Virus record (IMG/VR): IMGVR_UViG_3300031994_000006
Span: 64,001-128,000 of that record
Strand: one strand, 5' to 3'
Source: a virus
Taxonomy: Duplodnaviria > Caudoviricetes
Length of the DNA: 64,000 nt
Position numbers and translations under genes: made by a program. Under the pieces are notes generated by a model. It did not search any database. It was not told where the DNA came from and saw nothing but the letters and a program-made list of their open reading frames with translations. Each line of letters opens with the position of its first letter. The first letter of the stretch is position 1. This document shows, piece by piece, positions 27,438-36,895 of this stretch.

Positions 27438-30400
27438 TGGCCATTATAATTAACAGCTGGTTCAAGGTCAACTCGTCGATAGACACCGCGCTCCTCGACT
27501 CGTCATGGGTCAAGGGATCGGTGCATTACGCCAAGCAGCCTTCGGACCTTGTGGCACCGGGCGGCCGGTTCCAGGACAAGGCGTTCGTCGAAGACGGCAA
27601 CCTTGTCGTGTGCAACAGGCGCGAGCTCTGGCAGGCGCTCTATACGGATTCCTCAATCCTCTGGAGCAAGTTCGCAGTGACGGGCACCGGAGGCGGCGGG
27701 ACCGGCGGAGGCGGTTCGATAGTCAGGCCCGGCACGGACGGCTCGGTCATCGTCAATCCGACGGCCGGCCCTTCAATCGTATATGCCGAGACATACGAGG
27801 CGCTCTGTCAGGCCTACAGGGATCCCGCCAAGATAGACGAGGGCGTCCTGGGCGTCGTCGGGGGCAAGGACCTCTATGAGTCCAGGCTCGTATCCGGCGA
27901 GATCACATGGGTGAAGTCCCAGATAATCCCGGAGATAGACGACAAGGGCAGCTCGGTCATATACGTCAGTACATGGGAGGAGCTCTCGCTCGGTGAATAC
28001 CAGGACCGCAATAAGATACAGGACGGCAACCTGGCCGTCGTCAAGTACGGCAAGAGCGGCAAGCAGGAGGTCTGGCAGGGATTCTACGCGAGCGACTCAC
28101 CCGCCATCGTCTGGGAGAAGTCCAGGCTGTTCAACGTCTCGCAGCGCAATATCGTCGTCGACTCATCGGGCAACTGGCTCGACAACGTCTATTTCGACGA
28201 GGAGCTCCGGCAGTTCTCAGGCGAGGAGATGGAAAAGCTTCCCGACGAGTTCCTGGTTGTCAGCTCCAGCACCGATCTGAACGAGTTCTCGAAGATCAGG
28301 CCGTCATGGGATCCGTTCGAGGCCATCATGGTCCTGCAGAACGCGGTCGCCGACATGCAGCGCAAGATGAGGGTCCTGCTCCGCACGTTCGACAACGGCC
28401 TCGAGTCCGGCAACATAGCCGACGTGTCCGCCAATGCGGCCACGTCGCTCGCATACGGACAGGCCGCCCCGCAGCCGATGATAGACGTCAGCCCGTTCGT
28501 GCTCGGCACCGGCAATGAGGTTCCCGAGGGCGAGGATCCGGTGGCCGACGTCAGCATGCACTGGACGAACGAGAACGGCGAGATCGTCGAGCGTGAGCAT
28601 GTCATATACAATGACAACATCCTCGACTCATGCGTCTATCCGTATACGAAGCTCGGCTCCACCGACACGTTCGATGCTGAGACGCTCGAGGAGGGAATCG
28701 ACCCGTTCGCCGGCGTGGACGTCAGCGACGGAACCCAGAGCTTCATCAACCCTGGGGCGCTCCTCTACGGCGATTCCATGATACCCGACACGCTCGACTC
28801 GAGCGGGTACATAATGCCCCTGAAGCACCTCGTACTCAAGGTCGCCGACACGGTCGAGATCATGAACAGGTTCAAGCAGTACCTGTACCCGAACGAGCTT
28901 GTCATCTGTATCGCCACGAATACGCTCTACCGCTATGACATAACCCGCAACAGGATGGTCGCCCTGGCCGGCGGCTCCGGCGGCTCAGTGGATCCGAGCG
29001 CAGACTCTTCAACTGACATACCTGATACATCAACAGATATTATTACAATGGATGAAATAATCAAGGCACTGACCGACGGTTCGGTCAACCAGATCGTCCT
29101 CACGGACATCAACAACTCCGCACCGGACGCGCCGAAGTATACGGCCGGCATCAGCAACGGTCAGTGGAAGATTTCCCGCGTCGGAGGCGTCGAGATTCCC
29201 AAGGGTTCGACCGCTGGTCCCGCGAGGACGAGCACCACGAGCCCGTTCAAGGGATGCAGCACCCTGCAGATCAACGAGGTGTACGCGAACGACAATGCGG
29301 CCATTCTGGCGAACGCCGAGCATGACGTGACGCTTCCCTGCTCACACAACTTCGTGGAAATCGCGAACCTTGATCCGCATAACGCAATCGACCTGAGCAA
29401 GGTCACGCTCCAGTACCTGGATCCCGGTGAGAAATGGCACTGCCTGCGGCTCCGCGGCGTCATCGAGCCGGGCAGCACGTTCCTTGTCAGGGGCGCGAGG
29501 ACTGCTCCGTCAGGAGCCCCGTCCACCGTCATCGACGTCACTACGTACGATATGGAATGGTATGAGAACGGCAGCCTGATGGCGTTCAATAACGCGAAGG
29601 GCGCGCTCTATCTCACGCTTGACACCTCCGCGCTTCCAGACGCGTCGAATCCCGCCGTCATGGCAGGCAAGCTTCCCGCCGACAACAACTACATCGATCT
29701 CCTGGGCTGGGGTCCGGCGACATGGGGATACGCCGACGCGGCGAGCCCGTTCACGGTCGTAGGCCCGAACAACCTTATCGTCAAGAAGTGGATGATGGAC
29801 CGCTCGAAGCAGGGCGGACCGCAGGCGCTGTCGAACAGGGACTCCAACAAGTACATGGACTTCGTCAACCTGAAGGCGCACAACCTCGGCAACGAGAAGG
29901 ACTTCCGTCCCCGTGCGTCGTTCGAGAAGAAGGACATCTACACGACCCGCTCGTTCTTCCGTGAGGATCATCCGTACTGTGTGACCGTCGCGTTCGGTAT
30001 CGACGCCGCGACGACCAGGACATTCAACTGGATCTCAACGCAGGATCAGGCCGAGTACGTGTTCTACCGCATCAAGGGCTCCAATGACCCGTGGAAGATT
30101 AAGGAGTCTTATTATGAAGGAGACGGCATGGACGCCGCCATCCGCGAGGTCCCGGCGACCTATACCAGGTACGCGGCGGCAGTGGCCGCGGCCGGTGCCG
30201 AGGCGACCGAGGCGTCCGACGCGACCACCTACAAGATCCATATCCCCGCATACGACCGTATCAAGTGGGAGACCTCGGGCCAGACCTTCGTCACGACGCA
30301 CAAGGTCATCCTGAAGAACGGTGTCACGACCGAGTGGAGGAAGTCCGGCGACTCATATGTCAAGGCGACCACGGTTCTCACGCCGTCGCTCCGCTACTAT

Positions 30401-32488
30401 ACCGACAACACGCTCAGGACCGAGTCCGGAACGAGGACGCAGTATACCAAGGGTACCGAGTATGAGTTCAAGGTAGGTCCCGCGGTCTATGACCAGTACG
30501 GCATCGTCGCCGGTCCGGATGACGCGCGCTGCTCCGAGCTGTTCTGCTTCCAGATCCGTCCGGCTGTCACGGACGCCGAATGGAGCTTCGTACAGCATAC
30601 CGACGAGCAGGGCTTCCGCTGGCAGGACTATGAGTGCTGGAGGCGTTCCGCGGACCAGATACGCGCCCTGCACAATCCTGAGTTCACCATAGACACGGGC
30701 GATATGACCCAGAACGGCAACAGGCTGTCCGAGTGGATTGACTTCTACAACGGCGGACTGAATCTCTGGGGAGGCCGTCCTTTCTCCAAGAAGATCGGAC
30801 AGGGTACCGAGAACAGGCTCTATGAGAACGAGTCCGCGGGTATCGAGCAGATGAACGTCGTCGGCAACAACGACCTTTCACCGATACAGGACTACATCCT
30901 CGGCGACGGTTCGGATACCATTGATATAGGCAACGTCGAAGGCAAGTGCTCACCCAAGCAGTTCCTGTACTTCTACTGCTATGAGCTCGATCCTGAGAAC
31001 CTGCCCGTGCAGTACTCCACTGAGGAGGTCACCCTTAACTGGCGCGACAGCGGCGGGGCCGCCCATGCCGTGCAGGACGAGAGGACCTATATCACGAACG
31101 TCTTCCCGAGCACGTACAGCTTCAACTACAACAACTGTCACTTCACGGCCATCTGCTCCGAGCTGACGGTACCCGCTGAGCACCATATCTACGGCGCCGA
31201 GGCCGCGGGCACGGGAGTCGCTTCCCATGCGGGCACCAATGATGCGATCCTCAGGTGGATGGAGGCCGACCTCTGCAAGTACTACAAGTTCTCGCACAAG
31301 CCGGGTCCGAACGCCACCTATCCATGGGCTATCGTCTACATGCATGAGATGCCCTATACAATCCTCACGGAGGACTATATGGACAAGTTCATGCCGACCG
31401 ACGCCGAGAAGGCACAGGGCAGGCGCTGCACCGCGACGCTCGCCGCACGTACCGGAGGCTCCAAGCTGAACGACAATACGACCCGTCCGTTCGAGACGTC
31501 CGAGATCATACAGCGCAATCACGTGCGTCTGGTCATCGGCGGCCACAAGCACACCCATTCGCAGACATGGCCCCTGTTCGAGAACGTGACCTATACTACC
31601 AAGATCTGGATACCCGCGGCCGAGTACTCCGCACTGAACGCGGCCGGTCCTATCGAAATTGTGAAGACCGACGTCTCCACTTACCGCGTGACCGGCGCGA
31701 GCGCGACCTATACCGACGTGGACGTTCCTAACCATGACGACTATACGTTCGTCGGCGAGCAGATCATCCAGCCCTGGGAGGTCAATACCTGGGTTATCGA
31801 GAACGCGTCCAAGCTCGAGAGGAAGGTCAACAGCGCACAGGTGTACTTCACGCTGCCGGACGGATCCAAGACCGATGCATACGACTCGACCGCGTATGAC
31901 GTCTACAAGCGCGAGTACACCGGCGAGGCCGCGGATCGTTCCGACATCTACTATGACTGGCGCTGGCAGGGCGGCGGCATTCCTCTCGTCGCGGCCGACA
32001 AGGGCGACTGGGCGCCGATTTACGTCATGAGCCAGGCTACGTCGCAGAAGGTCGTATCCAATAAGGAGAAGCCGACGAGATGCACGCCCTGGATGCACTG
32101 GTACTATCCGACGACCGTGGGCGCGGGTTCGACCGTATCACAGAAGGCCGGCTCGGAGGCCGTACAGAACAACCAGAAGTACCCGCACTTCGTCAAGTAC
32201 GTGTTCATGCAGGACGGTGAGAACAGCGCCAATATGAACGCCGGTACCATCAAGGTATACCACTATGCGATATACGAGCAGAACTTCGCGAACGACGCCA
32301 AGTCCGCACAGTTCTTCGCAAACGACGAGTTCGACGACAAGCTGGCTGAAAGGGCCAGGCTGCATAACGCGACAGGCTCGACGACATCCGCATCGCCTAC
32401 GGTCCTCCCGGCAGACGGTCTGGGCGTCACCATCAAGTTCATTGATGAGTTCCTGCCCAGGTTCCATGTCATGACGGCGGCCGACTGA
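27437..32488 (+). CDS. large virion-type protein with lamin-tail domain, FN3/PAP-N-like region and calcineurin-like metallophosphoesterase
   Basis: LQINEVYAN...FVEIAN (lamin tail); HTDEQ, DTGDMTQNG, VGNNDL, YMHEMPY, GGHKHTH (metallophosphoesterase motifs). Confidence 0.8.
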   Translation: MAIIINSWFKVNSSIDTALLDSSWVKGSVHYAKQPSDLVAPGGRFQDKAFVEDGNLVVCNRRELWQALYTDSSILWSKFAVTGTGGGGTGGGGSIVRPGTDGSVIVNPTAGPSIVYAETYEALCQAYRDPAKIDEGVLGVVGGKDLYESRLVSGEITWVKSQIIPEIDDKGSSVIYVSTWEELSLGEYQDRNKIQDGNLAVVKYGKSGKQEVWQGFYASDSPAIVWEKSRLFNVSQRNIVVDSSGNWLDNVYFDEELRQFSGEEMEKLPDEFLVVSSSTDLNEFSKIRPSWDPFEAIMVLQNAVADMQRKMRVLLRTFDNGLESGNIADVSANAATSLAYGQAAPQPMIDVSPFVLGTGNEVPEGEDPVADVSMHWTNENGEIVEREHVIYNDNILDSCVYPYTKLGSTDTFDAETLEEGIDPFAGVDVSDGTQSFINPGALLYGDSMIPDTLDSSGYIMPLKHLVLKVADTVEIMNRFKQYLYPNELVICIATNTLYRYDITRNRMVALAGGSGGSVDPSADSSTDIPDTSTDIITMDEIIKALTDGSVNQIVLTDINNSAPDAPKYTAGISNGQWKISRVGGVEIPKGSTAGPARTSTTSPFKGCSTLQINEVYANDNAAILANAEHDVTLPCSHNFVEIANLDPHNAIDLSKVTLQYLDPGEKWHCLRLRGVIEPGSTFLVRGARTAPSGAPSTVIDVTTYDMEWYENGSLMAFNNAKGALYLTLDTSALPDASNPAVMAGKLPADNNYIDLLGWGPATWGYADAASPFTVVGPNNLIVKKWMMDRSKQGGPQALSNRDSNKYMDFVNLKAHNLGNEKDFRPRASFEKKDIYTTRSFFREDHPYCVTVAFGIDAATTRTFNWISTQDQAEYVFYRIKGSNDPWKIKESYYEGDGMDAAIREVPATYTRYAAAVAAAGAEATEASDATTYKIHIPAYDRIKWETSGQTFVTTHKVILKNGVTTEWRKSGDSYVKATTVLTPSLRYYTDNTLRTESGTRTQYTKGTEYEFKVGPAVYDQYGIVAGPDDARCSELFCFQIRPAVTDAEWSFVQHTDEQGFRWQDYECWRRSADQIRALHNPEFTIDTGDMTQNGNRLSEWIDFYNGGLNLWGGRPFSKKIGQGTENRLYENESAGIEQMNVVGNNDLSPIQDYILGDGSDTIDIGNVEGKCSPKQFLYFYCYELDPENLPVQYSTEEVTLNWRDSGGAAHAVQDERTYITNVFPSTYSFNYNNCHFTAICSELTVPAEHHIYGAEAAGTGVASHAGTNDAILRWMEADLCKYYKFSHKPGPNATYPWAIVYMHEMPYTILTEDYMDKFMPTDAEKAQGRRCTATLAARTGGSKLNDNTTRPFETSEIIQRNHVRLVIGGHKHTHSQTWPLFENVTYTTKIWIPAAEYSALNAAGPIEIVKTDVSTYRVTGASATYTDVDVPNHDDYTFVGEQIIQPWEVNTWVIENASKLERKVNSAQVYFTLPDGSKTDAYDSTAYDVYKREYTGEAADRSDIYYDWRWQGGGIPLVAADKGDWAPIYVMSQATSQKVVSNKEKPTRCTPWMHWYYPTTVGAGSTVSQKAGSEAVQNNQKYPHFVKYVFMQDGENSANMNAGTIKVYHYAIYEQNFANDAKSAQFFANDEFDDKLAERARLHNATGSTTSASPTVLPADGLGVTIKFIDEFLPRFHVMTAAD

Positions 32489-32506
32489 AAATAAACCGGA
32501 TATCCT

Positions 32507-32680
32507 ATGATTACGACAATCTGCATTCTGATCTACCTCATCTGCGCCTGGGCGGCGTACAGGTACGTTATCTCCAAGTGGAGCCAGCCCAAGTGGGAGA
32601 AGGTGATGCTGAGCCTCGCATGGATCCTCATGCTGCCGCTCTACGGAATCAACAAGCTGAACGATATCGACAGGAAATAA
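32507..32680 (+). CDS. small protein with two transmembrane segments (57 aa)
   Basis: MITTICILIYLICAWAAYRY...VMLSLAWILMLPLYG; phage-like codons; followed by a terminator; not in the ORF track. Confidence 0.7.
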   Translation: MITTICILIYLICAWAAYRYVISKWSQPKWEKVMLSLAWILMLPLYGINKLNDIDRK

Positions 32681-32710
32681 GAAATCCCGGGGAAATCCCC
32701 GGGATTTTTT
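32681..32710. terminator. bidirectional terminator
   Basis: aaatcccgggga-aa-tccccgggattt followed by a T run. Confidence 0.85.
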
Positions 32711-32894
32711 ATCCTACGCAGTCACTGTCAATCGGGCCTGGAATACCCTCGACGAGATCCTCGTTCTCGCCGTCCGATACCTCCTCATCGACGGACGTCA
32801 TCGGGCCGGCGCAGGTTGAAGGCTTCCTGGCCGAACAGCCGAGTTCCCATGAACACCTTTTACACTTGCTGTAGTCTTCAACAGTCTTTCCCAT
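32709..32894 (-). CDS. small Cys-containing hypothetical protein
   Basis: 61 aa with a CxxC...C...C pattern; last gene of the minus-strand operon. Confidence 0.55.
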   Translation of the reverse strand: MGKTVEDYSKCKRCSWELGCSARKPSTCAGPMTSVDEEVSDGENEDLVEGIPGPIDSDCVG

Positions 32895-33501
32895 TGTATT
32901 GTCTCCTATAGTCTTTTGTTAAATCGCAGTATTTCTCATACAGCTCGTCCTTCACGTTGGGCAGGCCCTCACACTGCTTGAGGTGCTCGTACCTGAGCCT
33001 GAAGTTGAGCGCCATCTTGTTCTCGAAGAAGAGCCGGTTCAGGACCTTGATGGCCCGCACCGCCTCGGTCCCGGTCAGTCCGTCCTCGTAGTTCGTCTGT
33101 ACGAAATGGTACAGCTGTGAATCGAGCATGTCGCCGTCGTCGTCGATGATGACATAGTTCTCGGTATCCGGATGCCGGTCGAGCCAGGTCTGTATCTCGC
33201 CGCCGCGGCCCTGTCCAGAGTACTTCTCATCCGAGAAATACGGTGTGCAGTCATACAGGTTATCCCTGAGCCAGTTCAGCATCGCATTCCTCGGACACCG
33301 TTTGGGCCTGTCGGCTATTTGGGCCGCAGTCGCCTCAGCACTGGGCTCCGGAAATCCGTGACGCCATGACGATGACACCACGATTCTGGCGCCGGTCTCG
33401 TCGACAATCCTCTTGACGTTCCTGATAAGGGACGCCTTCAGGCGCCATCTGGACGACGGTATGGTTATGACCCCGTCGAAGTCAAGAAATATGATTTTCA
33501 T
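32878..33501 (-). CDS. HAD-superfamily protein (HAD_SAK_2-like)
   Basis: IIFLDFDGV, VVSSSWR, RGGEIQTWL, YVIIDDD. Confidence 0.85.
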   Translation of the reverse strand: MKIIFLDFDGVITIPSSRWRLKASLIRNVKRIVDETGARIVVSSSWRHGFPEPSAEATAAQIADRPKRCPRNAMLNWLRDNLYDCTPYFSDEKYSGQGRGGEIQTWLDRHPDTENYVIIDDDGDMLDSQLYHFVQTNYEDGLTGTEAVRAIKVLNRLFFENKMALNFRLRYEHLKQCEGLPNVKDELYEKYCDLTKDYRRQYNGKDC

Positions 33502-33815
33502 TCATCCTTGTATTCAGGGTACAGGAACCGCCTGATGGCCTCATAGTCCTCCACCAGGTCGTCGGGATCCTTACGGAACCGTTTGCCGTCCCAGTACAGG
33601 TAGTAGCAGTTGACCATTTGTCCGTGTACGTTCTCGCGGATAACGCGGATCAGGATGCCGTCAAAGGTCTCACCTTTTTCCCTGAGTCCGTCGTACAGTT
33701 CCTTGGCCTTGCCGCGGATCTCATCCATTGAGAAACCGTTTCCCCATATGTTGTACAGGGAATTCATTCCTATGACCTTGTCGACGACCTTGTAGAAGTT
33801 ATAATAGCCTTTCAT
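33498..33815 (-). CDS. hypothetical protein
   Basis: ATGA-coupled 105-aa ORF. Confidence 0.7.
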   Translation of the reverse strand: MKGYYNFYKVVDKVIGMNSLYNIWGNGFSMDEIRGKAKELYDGLREKGETFDGILIRVIRENVHGQMVNCYYLYWDGKRFRKDPDDLVEDYEAIRRFLYPEYKDE

Positions 33816-34012
33816 CGTTGACGGTTCAATAAGTACTCACCGAGCACGGACATGAAGAATATGATATATCCTGCAGTACCTATCAGGGTCCATCCGTTAT
33901 AAGTATTCATGGCCAGCATGAACAGGTCGAGTATGAACAGTAAGACCGACAGCCTGAACAGGAACGGATATCTTCTGATTCCGTATCTCCAGTATCCTAA
34001 AATAAAATCCAT
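33812..34012 (-). CDS. small membrane protein
   Basis: 66 aa with two hydrophobic segments. Confidence 0.65.
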   Translation of the reverse strand: MDFILGYWRYGIRRYPFLFRLSVLLFILDLFMLAMNTYNGWTLIGTAGYIIFFMSVLGEYLLNRQR

Positions 34013-34031
34013 ATCTTAAACTGTATTGTAA

Positions 34032-34409
34032 TTACATGAATCCGAAAATCGACGAATAGATGCTGAGACTGTCGACAAGCCCCTTCATGGACTCCTCCGA
34101 CTGCCGCCTGGTCTTGAGCTCGTCCAGGTACGTCCTGAACGCGGGACCACGCTCCTCCTCGGGGAGGTTACAGAAATCCTGCATACGCTCAATCCAGTCC
34201 TTGAACTCCTCGATTTGCTCCCTGAGCCTGAGGTTGGCGTCGATAAGCTCTCTGTTCTTCCGCTCGAGCTCGATGCGGCGGTCCTGCTCACGGTTGAACA
34301 GCGTCTGCATATGCGCTATCTGATCGTCTTTCCGCTGGAGCTGATACTCGAACTGCTTACGGACTCCGTTAATCAGCTGCGCCTTTATCTGCTTCTTCGT
34401 CTCCTTCAT
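34032..34409 (-). CDS. coiled-coil hypothetical protein
   Basis: 125 aa, heptad-rich. Confidence 0.7.
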   Translation of the reverse strand: MKETKKQIKAQLINGVRKQFEYQLQRKDDQIAHMQTLFNREQDRRIELERKNRELIDANLRLREQIEEFKDWIERMQDFCNLPEEERGPAFRTYLDELKTRRQSEESMKGLVDSLSIYSSIFGFM

Positions 34410-34849
34410 GATCTTGCCTTATTGATCATCGTATATATGGCGGTATTCATGATATTCTCGAGACGCTGACGGACGCGGTCCATATTCTCAGGCTCGACGC
34501 GGCTGAAATCGAAATCGTAATAGAAGTCCTTGAATACATTGGCGAGCTTCCCGGACAGCTTGACGTATGCCTCGTCCTCCTCCTGCTGGATACGCTGGCT
34601 GTATTCCCAGTCGGTCTCCTCGTGGTACCGGCAGATGACGGCCGTACGATCGACGCCGCCTCCGTTGCCGTAGTGATCCTCCTCACACTCCTCCTCGTCG
34701 ATATCGAGGTTGATGTCCTTCATATCGAGCTCGGGATGCTCGGCCATATACCTGGCGTAAATCTTCGCGGCCTGATTCTCGGCCGGATACAGGACGATGT
34801 TCTCACTGTGTAGCACCTCCCTGACTCTTTTTCTGTTTCTGTCTACCAT
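34406..34849 (-). CDS. hypothetical protein
   Basis: 147-aa acidic ORF, ATGA-coupled. Confidence 0.7.
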   Translation of the reverse strand: MVDRNRKRVREVLHSENIVLYPAENQAAKIYARYMAEHPELDMKDINLDIDEEECEEDHYGNGGGVDRTAVICRYHEETDWEYSQRIQQEEDEAYVKLSGKLANVFKDFYYDFDFSRVEPENMDRVRQRLENIMNTAIYTMINKARS

Positions 34850-34861
34850 ATTTTAAAATAA

Positions 34862-35104
34862 TTATTCGACTTTATTTTTTAAAACATAATCCCAACTCAC
34901 GCAACGAGTCATTACTTTATCATAAGGGTTGTATCCATTATGTTTAAATACAGTTACATTCTTATATCCTATTCGTTCCAACTCCTTTGCTCTAATTTTT
35001 GCTGAATCGGAATTAGTATAATAACCCATAGCAGATGCCCAAGCCCCTAACGGTTCTCTTACATCATGTGATAATTCATTAAATGCTATAAAATAATTAA
35101 TCAT
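34862..35104 (-). CDS. AT-rich hypothetical protein
   Basis: 80-aa ORF with visibly lower GC than its flanks. Confidence 0.65.
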   Translation of the reverse strand: MINYFIAFNELSHDVREPLGAWASAMGYYTNSDSAKIRAKELERIGYKNVTVFKHNGYNPYDKVMTRCVSWDYVLKNKVE

Positions 35105-35154
35105 ATATGGGTCTGATTGTATATTTTAGTATGAATCTTCCTGTCTTTCCCATA

Positions 35155-35832
35155 TCAATAGTCCTTTGACTCGAACGTTATGCACTTACGGTCATGATCT
35201 ATGTCCACGTTCTCGACATCGTAAACGGCCCGTCCCGTGACAGGGACATAGCTGTCGGGAACGGACAGATTAATCTTATAACTGCCGTATCCGGCCTGTT
35301 TGGCCGCCTGCAGCATGTCCAGAAGATCATCAAGCGTCATGTCCAGATCAGTCGCCTTGATATCAAGGACCTTGTCTTGACACAGTTTCTTCAGCTTCCT
35401 GTTCATTATCCTCTTATGCTTCATATACTTGACACAGTGGAAGCAGTCACCTCCGCATATGTAGACGAGCCCGCTCGGCGAGGTCCCGAGGCACATCTCC
35501 CTGAAGTCCCTGAGATCCTTGTCCTCCTTCTCCTTCTTGTCCGTGATCTCCTGTATCGCCTGCATCAGTTTCCGCCTGACCGGCTCATGATCTATCTTCT
35601 CCGGGAAGATCAGGGTGATCATGTCGTCCGGATCCTCGCCGTGGTTCATGACAGCGTCGATGAGCGCGTTCCATGAGCCGTCGAACAGCTCGGAGTCGAT
35701 GACCATCGTCGAGTCCTTGAGGAACAGGAAATTCGCCCGCTCGTACATGATGCCGGGCTTGCGGGCGTACTTGCGGCGCTTCTCCTCCCAGTGGGCGCCG
35801 TGACTCATGTCTGAATTCTTTTCATTCTTCAT
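35155..35832 (-). CDS. hypothetical protein
   Basis: 225-aa ORF downstream of a host-type promoter. Confidence 0.7.
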   Translation of the reverse strand: MKNEKNSDMSHGAHWEEKRRKYARKPGIMYERANFLFLKDSTMVIDSELFDGSWNALIDAVMNHGEDPDDMITLIFPEKIDHEPVRRKLMQAIQEITDKKEKEDKDLRDFREMCLGTSPSGLVYICGGDCFHCVKYMKHKRIMNRKLKKLCQDKVLDIKATDLDMTLDDLLDMLQAAKQAGYGSYKINLSVPDSYVPVTGRAVYDVENVDIDHDRKCITFESKDY

Positions 35833-35855
35833 AACCTTTACCTTTTAAATTATAA

Positions 35856-35914
35856 CGCGAAGATAAGGGTTTTTCCCGGAAATAAAAAATCCTGCAGCGT
35901 TATTCTGCAGGATT
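35856..35914 (-). promoter_or_regulatory. terminator hairpin fused to a Bacteroidota-type promoter (copy 1)
   Basis: aatcctgcag...ctgcaggatt hairpin; minus strand reads GCAGGATTTTTTATTT...TATCTTCGC. Confidence 0.6.
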
Positions 35915-35931
35915 CAGTATCCGTTAGTATT

Positions 35932-36477
35932 TCATCTCCCGACAGGGAACATCATGTTCCAGCACCTGTCAAGCACAGCCGTCAGTGTGCGGACGCCCTT
36001 CTCTGATCCGAGGTCGGCAGCGGACATCTTGATATACGATTCAGACTCATTCCGTCCGTCGCCGTCGAAGTAGAGCCAACCGCCCTTCTCCTCATCATCC
36101 CGTTCATAACAGAAGCCGAGCCTGACCGTGTCGTCGTCCATGCGGTCAATCTCCATGGCGACGGAACCTCCCAGTCTTGTATTCCTGTCGCGGCCGGTCA
36201 GGTAGATGTTCTCCTCCGACTCAAACCTGCCGTCTGTCTCCAGATCGGACCAGACCGCCTCGGGCAGGTAGAAGTCGTCCGCCTTGTACGGAATACTCTT
36301 GTCCGTATTGCGCTTCTTCAAGGCCCGCTTGACGCCGTTGCACCAGGAGTATACGGCGGCCTTCAGATCCATGGGGACGGATTCGACCGCGTCGGCGGCG
36401 GATTCCTTCCTGCGGGCCTTGTTGCCGGCCTTGAAGGCCTCCCGGATATCCGGGGCTATTTCATCGAGCCTTTTCAT
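35932..36477 (-). CDS. EAFxAGNRARKKE-tagged protein (putative internal head protein)
   Basis: MKRLDEIAPDIRE-AFKAGNKARRKESAAD. Confidence 0.75.
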   Translation of the reverse strand: MKRLDEIAPDIREAFKAGNKARRKESAADAVESVPMDLKAAVYSWCNGVKRALKKRNTDKSIPYKADDFYLPEAVWSDLETDGRFESEENIYLTGRDRNTRLGGSVAMEIDRMDDDTVRLGFCYERDDEEKGGWLYFDGDGRNESESYIKMSAADLGSEKGVRTLTAVLDRCWNMMFPVGR

Positions 36478-36845
36478 AATCTTAAAATATTATTTTCATA
36501 ATTTTTAAAAATCTCTTTATTTTTAAAAATATTTAAAGGTTTTAGTTCTATTAGATTATCTTCTTTTCTAATAATATGATATAAAATTACTGGACAAATT
36601 TCTTCTTTAAACAATTTCCAACTTAATTTAGGATATTGATCAAAAGCTCCTATTTGCTTTATAATAGATTTACCAGTTGAAGGCTCATTAATTTTATAAC
36701 CTGGTTGTAATTCATTTTTATAATAATTATATACAACTTTCTGAGATTTTTGAGATGAAAATAAAATAAATTTATAATCATTCCAATTAATTTCAGATGA
36801 ACAATCTAACTCAAATTCATGAGGTCCGCTAAAAGAAAATCTCAT
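36474..36845 (-). CDS. very AT-rich hypothetical protein
   Basis: 123-aa ORF; two TATAAATA boxes upstream (36846-36853, 36861-36868, minus strand). Confidence 0.65.
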   Translation of the reverse strand: MRFSFSGPHEFELDCSSEINWNDYKFILFSSQKSQKVVYNYYKNELQPGYKINEPSTGKSIIKQIGAFDQYPKLSWKLFKEEICPVILYHIIRKEDNLIELKPLNIFKNKEIFKNYENNILRL

Positions 36846-36895
36846 TATTTATAATGTTTTTATTTATATAATCAATATATCTATAGTGAATTAAA

